Below are positions 58,856 to 64,000 of a stretch of 64,000 nt of DNA, piece after piece (position 1 is the first letter of the stretch; the number at the start of each line of letters is the position of its first letter). Below the pieces are notes generated by a model. It was not told where the DNA came from, made no database searches, and saw nothing but the letters and a program-made list of their open reading frames with translations. The DNA lies in the IMG/VR virus record IMGVR_UViG_3300026533_000002, positions 1 to 64,000 of that record; one strand, given 5' to 3'. The position numbers were made by a program, and so were the translations under genes. Source of the stretch: a virus.

Positions 58856-59433
58856 ATGTTTTCCTTAGTTAATTTAGCTATTGAGTCTACTATATTCTTA
58901 TACTTATCTTTAGCATACTCAGCCTTCTTAACTAGAGTTTTCTCTACCTTAAGTGTAGTAGTAGTATCCTCTAGTTTAGACTCTAAATCAGCTATGCTAG
59001 TTGCTTGTATGTTAATAGTATTATCTTTGTCTGCTATCAGGCTCTGTAAGCTCTTTATAGTTTCCTCAGAAGCCTTAGTACTAGTATTAACTAATTCCTC
59101 AACAGTAGTATCTAAATGTAGCTTAAGATCCTTACATAATATATCAGCAACTATAGGTTTACTAGCTAATTTTTCACTAGCCTCAGCAGCCTTACGAAGA
59201 GACTCAACTTCAATCATTAGTCTCTTATTGTCTACCTCTAGCTTATCTTTATCCAATATAAGTTGTTGGTCAGGTACTAGTGAATCCATACTTGCATATA
59301 GTTGATTAATATCCTTAGATAAGTAATAAGCTTTAATAAGAGTATTATATAACTCCTCTGCAGTATCACTTGGATCTATAGAGTTCTCTATATCAGTAAG
59401 CCTCTGTTGAAGCTCACTAATCTTATTCATCAC
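58852..59433 (-). CDS. coiled-coil hypothetical protein
   Basis: Heptad-rich 193-aa ORF. Confidence 0.7.
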   Translation of the reverse strand: MMNKISELQQRLTDIENSIDPSDTAEELYNTLIKAYYLSKDINQLYASMDSLVPDQQLILDKDKLEVDNKRLMIEVESLRKAAEASEKLASKPIVADILCKDLKLHLDTTVEELVNTSTKASEETIKSLQSLIADKDNTINIQATSIADLESKLEDTTTTLKVEKTLVKKAEYAKDKYKNIVDSIAKLTKENI

Positions 59434-60244
59434 CTTGTTCCTGTTTGAACTGAAGCTCTGGATATATTACACTCTCAAACTTATCTTTAAGAGCTGCTAA
59501 GTTATTGTAAGCTTCTTCAGAATCTAAATACTCTTTAATAGGGCCACTGGCATCTTGCATATCAGCTAAGAATCTAAGTGCTGCTGGGTTATCAGATTCA
59601 AACACAGTCTCAGCAATAATGTCATAGAATATCTTCCAGTCTCCTAACATCGAATGAGCTTGTAACATCTTTTCAACATACTCTGTTTTACCAACAGTAT
59701 TAATACTACTAGCTTGATGAACATCATCATCAGACATAGAGTATTCATCTGCTAACCAATCCATAAGAGCTTTCTTCTTCAATGTCTCTATATTTAAAGT
59801 AGCAGTAGACATCTTCTTAACAGTTCTACCTGTATCTTCAGTAGCTTTCTTTAGATTATCTGCAGTTAGCTTACCGTATTTAGCAATACACACATCACAT
59901 AAGGCTAATGAGTCTTCTACATCTTGTGTAAGGTATTCACTAGCTGATAGAGACATAGCTACCATATACTTAGCTTTCACAGCTTCTAGAACCTCTCTCT
60001 TCTGTAAGTAACTTATGTACAGTTCAGAAGTTTCTACTGTGTACCCTAACTCATGTACAGCTTGTTCATAAGCTTGAATAGTTAAGTTAGTACTCAACAT
60101 AAACAATACAGAACCTTTACCAAAGTACATTAACTCCTTAGAAAAGGCATCAACTCTCTCTAACTGAGCTAATGCCCACTTAACATCAACGACTCCATCA
60201 TCTGGCAGTATGACACCAGTATCTATTTCTTTTACTTCATTCAT
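59423..60244 (-). CDS. hypothetical protein
   Basis: 273-aa ORF, AAGGA SD. Confidence 0.7.
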   Translation of the reverse strand: MNEVKEIDTGVILPDDGVVDVKWALAQLERVDAFSKELMYFGKGSVLFMLSTNLTIQAYEQAVHELGYTVETSELYISYLQKREVLEAVKAKYMVAMSLSASEYLTQDVEDSLALCDVCIAKYGKLTADNLKKATEDTGRTVKKMSTATLNIETLKKKALMDWLADEYSMSDDDVHQASSINTVGKTEYVEKMLQAHSMLGDWKIFYDIIAETVFESDNPAALRFLADMQDASGPIKEYLDSEEAYNNLAALKDKFESVIYPELQFKQEQGDE

Positions 60245-60246
60245 TA

Positions 60247-60645
60247 TTATCCTTTTAACACTGTTACCAATGTTTTATCTTTAACTACACCAACTACACC
60301 TTTAAATAAGCTATACCTGCCATCTTGCAATGTATCCATAGTATAAAGTTGACGTATCAATGCCTTATAAAGCATCTTAGAAACATCTGCATTAGTAAGT
60401 TTATTATTAATACGTTCTTTATACCTGTGTACTGCATGGGCAGATACTGCCAATTCATTGTAGATAGTTGCTTCACTAGACTTCTTGTCAGCGAGCATAT
60501 CTTCTAACTTCTGTAACTTACTATGAAGCTTACTATTAGTAACCTTCAGTGAAAGCCCTTCATCCATTAGTTCATATACTTTCTCCCTAGAAGCTGCTAA
60601 TAACTTTACAGAAGGGCATAGCCAATTTCTTATCTTATCAATCAT
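60247..60645 (-). CDS. hypothetical protein (coiled coil plus HAxxRxxER domain)
   Basis: VSAHAVHRYKERI…VVKDKTLVTV. Confidence 0.65.
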   Translation of the reverse strand: MIDKIRNWLCPSVKLLAASREKVYELMDEGLSLKVTNSKLHSKLQKLEDMLADKKSSEATIYNELAVSAHAVHRYKERINNKLTNADVSKMLYKALIRQLYTMDTLQDGRYSLFKGVVGVVKDKTLVTVLKG

Positions 60646-60892
60646 CTACTTTAACCTCATAGGTATACTTCTTTATAGTTCTCTCAGATAGACCTGTAGC
60701 CAAAGTAGCTGCGTGTAGAAACTTCTTATGGCTAGGTGCTATCTTATTAGCTTGTCTCATTATCCTAGCCTTACCTTCTTCTATAGAATCCTTATCAAAA
60801 GGATTTATAGAGTATCTGGTAGTCTTTATAAACCAATATAGACTACCGTATGTTAAAGGTTCGTTAGGGTAATAAGGCCTAGAATTAGGCAT
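60638..60892 (-). CDS. hypothetical protein with C-terminal HTH
   Basis: ATLATGLSERTIKKY. Confidence 0.6.
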   Translation of the reverse strand: MPNSRPYYPNEPLTYGSLYWFIKTTRYSINPFDKDSIEEGKARIMRQANKIAPSHKKFLHAATLATGLSERTIKKYTYEVKVDD

Positions 60893-61460
60893 CTAATACA
60901 AGGTATGTTGTTGTTTCTGAAGATGCTGCATTTAATTTAACAGCCCATACCTTTAATGAATTAATCTCTGGTAAGTTTAATTTCTTAACTGTACCAGTTG
61001 CATGGTTTACAGATACAAGTGCAGGTCTTTCTATCCCATCTAACCTCTTACTCATGTTAAACATTGGGACAGTATTAGTTTCAAAGTTAAATAAGGTAGA
61101 TACCTTATAGTTAACATAAGTAAAGTCAGAGTGGAAACTACCTTCATCTACAAATACCTTAGACCTATAATCTGTAAAGAACCTATGGAATAATATACTC
61201 ATAGTAATATCATAGGGATTACGCTTATTAAGCATATTAACTGCAGTCTCTACAGCTCTCCTATGGTCTTCATAAGTAACTCTACTTTCATCAGCTATAC
61301 TGCTATAATTTCTACTAGCCCTGTCTTTATCAAAGTGATAGATATCCCTATCAAATCTAGTAATAGTATCTTCACCTTTACGTCTAGGCCTTTCAGCCAT
61401 ACGTCTAAATAGCTCTTCTGCTAATACAACCTGTTTTGTTATAGTATTGTGTTTTATCAT
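60885..61460 (-). CDS. hypothetical protein
   Basis: 191-aa ORF, GGAGG SD, TAATG coupling. Confidence 0.65.
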   Translation of the reverse strand: MIKHNTITKQVVLAEELFRRMAERPRRKGEDTITRFDRDIYHFDKDRASRNYSSIADESRVTYEDHRRAVETAVNMLNKRNPYDITMSILFHRFFTDYRSKVFVDEGSFHSDFTYVNYKVSTLFNFETNTVPMFNMSKRLDGIERPALVSVNHATGTVKKLNLPEINSLKVWAVKLNAASSETTTYLVLDA

Positions 61461-61651
61461 TAACTACCTCCTAATGGTAAGATTAATACTAAATTAACAA
61501 CAAACAAGTATCCAAGTAACAGCCTAGTTATAGCTCTTTCCTGCTTATATAGTAGGTAAGTAGTATGAGACATATGCTTATGTAAATAGGCTTTATCTAA
61601 ATCAGAACCATTCCAATATGTAATAAAATCATTAAGCATTATACCTCCCAA
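61460..61651 (-). CDS. small membrane protein
   Basis: C-terminal hydrophobic helix; real start probably MLNDF at 61639. Confidence 0.55.
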   Translation of the reverse strand: MGGIMLNDFITYWNGSDLDKAYLHKHMSHTTYLLYKQERAITRLLLGYLFVVNLVLILPLGGS

Positions 61652-62127
61652 GGCTTAGCTAGAGATGCTTCAGCTACTAATGGTTTGATAGCTTTTATAC
61701 TTTCAACCTCGTCTTGTAACTTCTTCTTAGCAGCATCCTTCTCAGCTTGTTCTTTATCTTTAATAGCTTTCTTCTCAGCTCTTTCTAAAGCTCTAGCTTC
61801 TTTATCAGCTTCCTCAGCTGTCATAGCTTCTAAGCGTTTACTCTCTTCTTCATCGTAAGAATCTATCTGTTCTTGTGTTCTACCAAATGATGGTAGCTTC
61901 ACACCTTTAACAGACTTCTTAGTAACTGGTTTAGTAGCTACATTATCAGGGAACTTGCCTATACTTTGCTTAGAAGAGCTAGAAAGGTCTAAGGTAGGTA
62001 AATATACCTGAACAGAGGGTTTATGCTCTGTAGGTTTTAATTTGGACTCAGGCGAGGTACTGAGCAGCTCCATTACTTTTATTACTTCAGAAGGAGTAAG
62101 TTCTAATGTTATTGATACTTTATTCAT
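61639..62127 (-). CDS. hypothetical charged protein
   Basis: 162-aa ORF, AAAGGAG SD. Confidence 0.7.
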   Translation of the reverse strand: MNKVSITLELTPSEVIKVMELLSTSPESKLKPTEHKPSVQVYLPTLDLSSSSKQSIGKFPDNVATKPVTKKSVKGVKLPSFGRTQEQIDSYDEEESKRLEAMTAEEADKEARALERAEKKAIKDKEQAEKDAAKKKLQDEVESIKAIKPLVAEASLAKPWEV

Positions 62128-62374
62128 ATATCTCCTTTAATTTAAGTTTATGCTAGCTATAGGGCTTCCACCTATAGATGTAGTACCTAGCTATATGTTC
62201 ATAATTACACAAAGTTGCACCTATTATACTTCTATAATTAATCAAGCCTAGGAGTGTCTTTTAGTACTCAGCTTGTATCTGTTAGTAATTCCACCACTAG
62301 TATAGGTTAGTTTTAGCTAAAGCATAACCAGGCTATGCAGGTAGTTTATACTCATAACTGATGGAGTATTTACA

Positions 62375-62995
62375 CTATTTAGCAGAACCTACATTAATAG
62401 TTGGTTGAGATGAGTTCTGTGCAATGTTAACACGAGCTTCTCTCTCTGCATCAATAGTCTTATTAGCTGCTACTAAAGAAGCTTCAAGATAAGATACTTT
62501 ATCAGTAAGAGTAGTAACTTTAGCTGCTACTTCAGCATTAGCTATTTGATGTTCAGCTGTCAATGCTTGAATCTTAGAGTCTAGTTCTCTTTTAGCTTCA
62601 TCTTTAAGCTGTTGCTTAATAGCTAAGATAGAAGCATCTGCTTGTGCTTGAATAGTAACTTCTTTATTCTCTAACTCAAGTAAGTCATCTCTGTTAATAG
62701 TAACTACATTACGAACTGTCAGTAATTTCTTTAATTCAACCTCTTCATTCTCACGAATCTTAAGTTTAAGCTCAACTTCTGCATTACGTACTTTAAGTGA
62801 ATACTCTTCATTTAAGCCTTGTAACTCAGCTTGTTTAGCATCAACTTCCTCGTTAATAGATGTAACTGTATCTTTAAACTTCTCAATAGAATTAAGAACT
62901 TTAGTTAAATCTGCTGCTGATTTCTCTAATGCTTTAGAAGCTTTTAAAGTCTCTACTGATGTTGCTTTACTTGGTGTTGTTTTCTGTACTGCCAT
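62375..62995 (-). CDS. coiled-coil hypothetical protein
   Basis: 206 aa, helical; codon usage resembles the MCP gene. Confidence 0.75.
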   Translation of the reverse strand: MAVQKTTPSKATSVETLKASKALEKSAADLTKVLNSIEKFKDTVTSINEEVDAKQAELQGLNEEYSLKVRNAEVELKLKIRENEEVELKKLLTVRNVVTINRDDLLELENKEVTIQAQADASILAIKQQLKDEAKRELDSKIQALTAEHQIANAEVAAKVTTLTDKVSYLEASLVAANKTIDAEREARVNIAQNSSQPTINVGSAK

Positions 62996-63039
62996 TGTTA
63001 AATGCCTTATATTAGTTTATGTGTATACTTATATACCGC

Positions 63040-63717
63040 TTACACTAAAGCGGACTTGCTATCAATTAACTTTAAAGTTTTAACTAGTAACTTAGCTTTA
63101 CTAAGTGTCTCCGCTTCGTCTGGTTTTGAGTTTGTACGAGCTTTATACTCTTCATATTCTCTGTAATATTCAGTTAATAAATCTTCTATAACTGTTAAGT
63201 TCTTAGCCTTATTCTCTAGCTTCCACATTTCTAAAGCTAGTATCCTATTAACTAAATGCCCTCCAGTCACAGCATTAGTAAAAGAATCTGAGTATGTGTT
63301 AAATACATGGTTATAATATTGAGTATTAGCTCCAACTATTTTAGCTAATCCAAATACAGCTGTGTATGTATTATGATCATGTATTACATTCTCTGTATAC
63401 TTAAATGTTTCTAAATACTCTTCATAAGTGAATAGGCTAGTTGCATTGCTGTTTACTTTTTTACTTGTTATCTGTTTACAGATGTACGACATATTATCTA
63501 GTATATAAGCAGGCAGTGATCTACTAGACTTAGAGTCGAATAGATGAACAAGATAAGCACTGTACCTATATTCCAGCACAAGTTCATCATCGTTTAACCT
63601 ACGTACTCCCCAATAATCTGATATACAGTCAGAAGCTCTAAGTAACTCCTCTATCTCTTTGATAGTAGTTACATCTTTAGCATAAGACATTGCTGCCTTG
63701 AATTCAAATAAGTTCAT
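63040..63717 (-). CDS. hypothetical protein
   Basis: 225-aa ORF, AAGGA SD, TAATG-coupled. Confidence 0.7.
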   Translation of the reverse strand: MNLFEFKAAMSYAKDVTTIKEIEELLRASDCISDYWGVRRLNDDELVLEYRYSAYLVHLFDSKSSRSLPAYILDNMSYICKQITSKKVNSNATSLFTYEEYLETFKYTENVIHDHNTYTAVFGLAKIVGANTQYYNHVFNTYSDSFTNAVTGGHLVNRILALEMWKLENKAKNLTVIEDLLTEYYREYEEYKARTNSKPDEAETLSKAKLLVKTLKLIDSKSALV

Positions 63718-63992
63718 TATATTCCTTTAATTACTTTAGTAGCATATACATACTTTTGTCTAATATCTAGTACTTCTTCCTCATATACAGGCTTGTTTAT
63801 CTCATCTTTAAGTTGTTTAAGTAGCACATGTAGAGGAGAATCTTTCTTAGCTTGGATCTTATTTATTAGGGCAGTTAGTATCAGTATCTGATCTATTACT
63901 ACAGGTACTTGATCTTTTTTAATCCTTGTACTTCTGTCTAGGCCAGTTACAAACTTATGCATAGTGCTAGGCTGCATAGATTTAAAGTTCAA
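63717..63992 (-). CDS. hypothetical protein (start uncertain, window edge)
   Basis: 91-aa ORF. Confidence 0.55.
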   Translation of the reverse strand: MNFKSMQPSTMHKFVTGLDRSTRIKKDQVPVVIDQILILTALINKIQAKKDSPLHVLLKQLKDEINKPVYEEEVLDIRQKYVYATKVIKGI

Positions 63993-64000
63993 TGATAATG

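Noticed and set aside
1-64000. Stop-codon reassignment (TAG/CTA is very frequent in the DNA)
   Set aside because: Long intact ORFs under the standard code; well-defined genes (scaffold, MCP, gp55-like) end in TAG at sensible positions.

Overview
64 kb fragment of an AT-rich N4-like podovirus (Schitoviridae-type) genome. The left half (+ strand, 1-30940) is the virion module in N4 gene order: portal, scaffold-like acidic protein, major capsid protein, gp55/54/53-like proteins, ejection proteins and a giant virion RNA polymerase region. The right half (- strand, 30937-63992) holds replication, nucleotide-metabolism and RNA-repair genes: UvrD-like helicase, DNA ligase, nrdAB with a mini-intein, RNA ligase, MYG1, SSB, Sak4-like ATPase, RusA, primase plus DUF3987 helicase, split family-A DNA polymerase, nucleotidyltransferase and CCA-adding enzyme. 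Main finding: the vRNAP region is three consecutive giant ORFs (2696, 1883 and 1310 aa). By my reading they contain only four cysteines in total, all at the facing ends (…ECN*/MGC… and …ESC*/MKC…). This suggests a head-to-tail disulfide-stapled ejection polyprotein carrying a plug-in polyvalent effector cargo. Also notable: polA is split in the thumb loop by a 4-gene insert, the phage carries a tRNA/RNA-repair toolkit, and the ligase appears to start at ATA. Promoter and SD style suggest a Campylobacterota host (inference). All family assignments come from motif recognition, not database searches.
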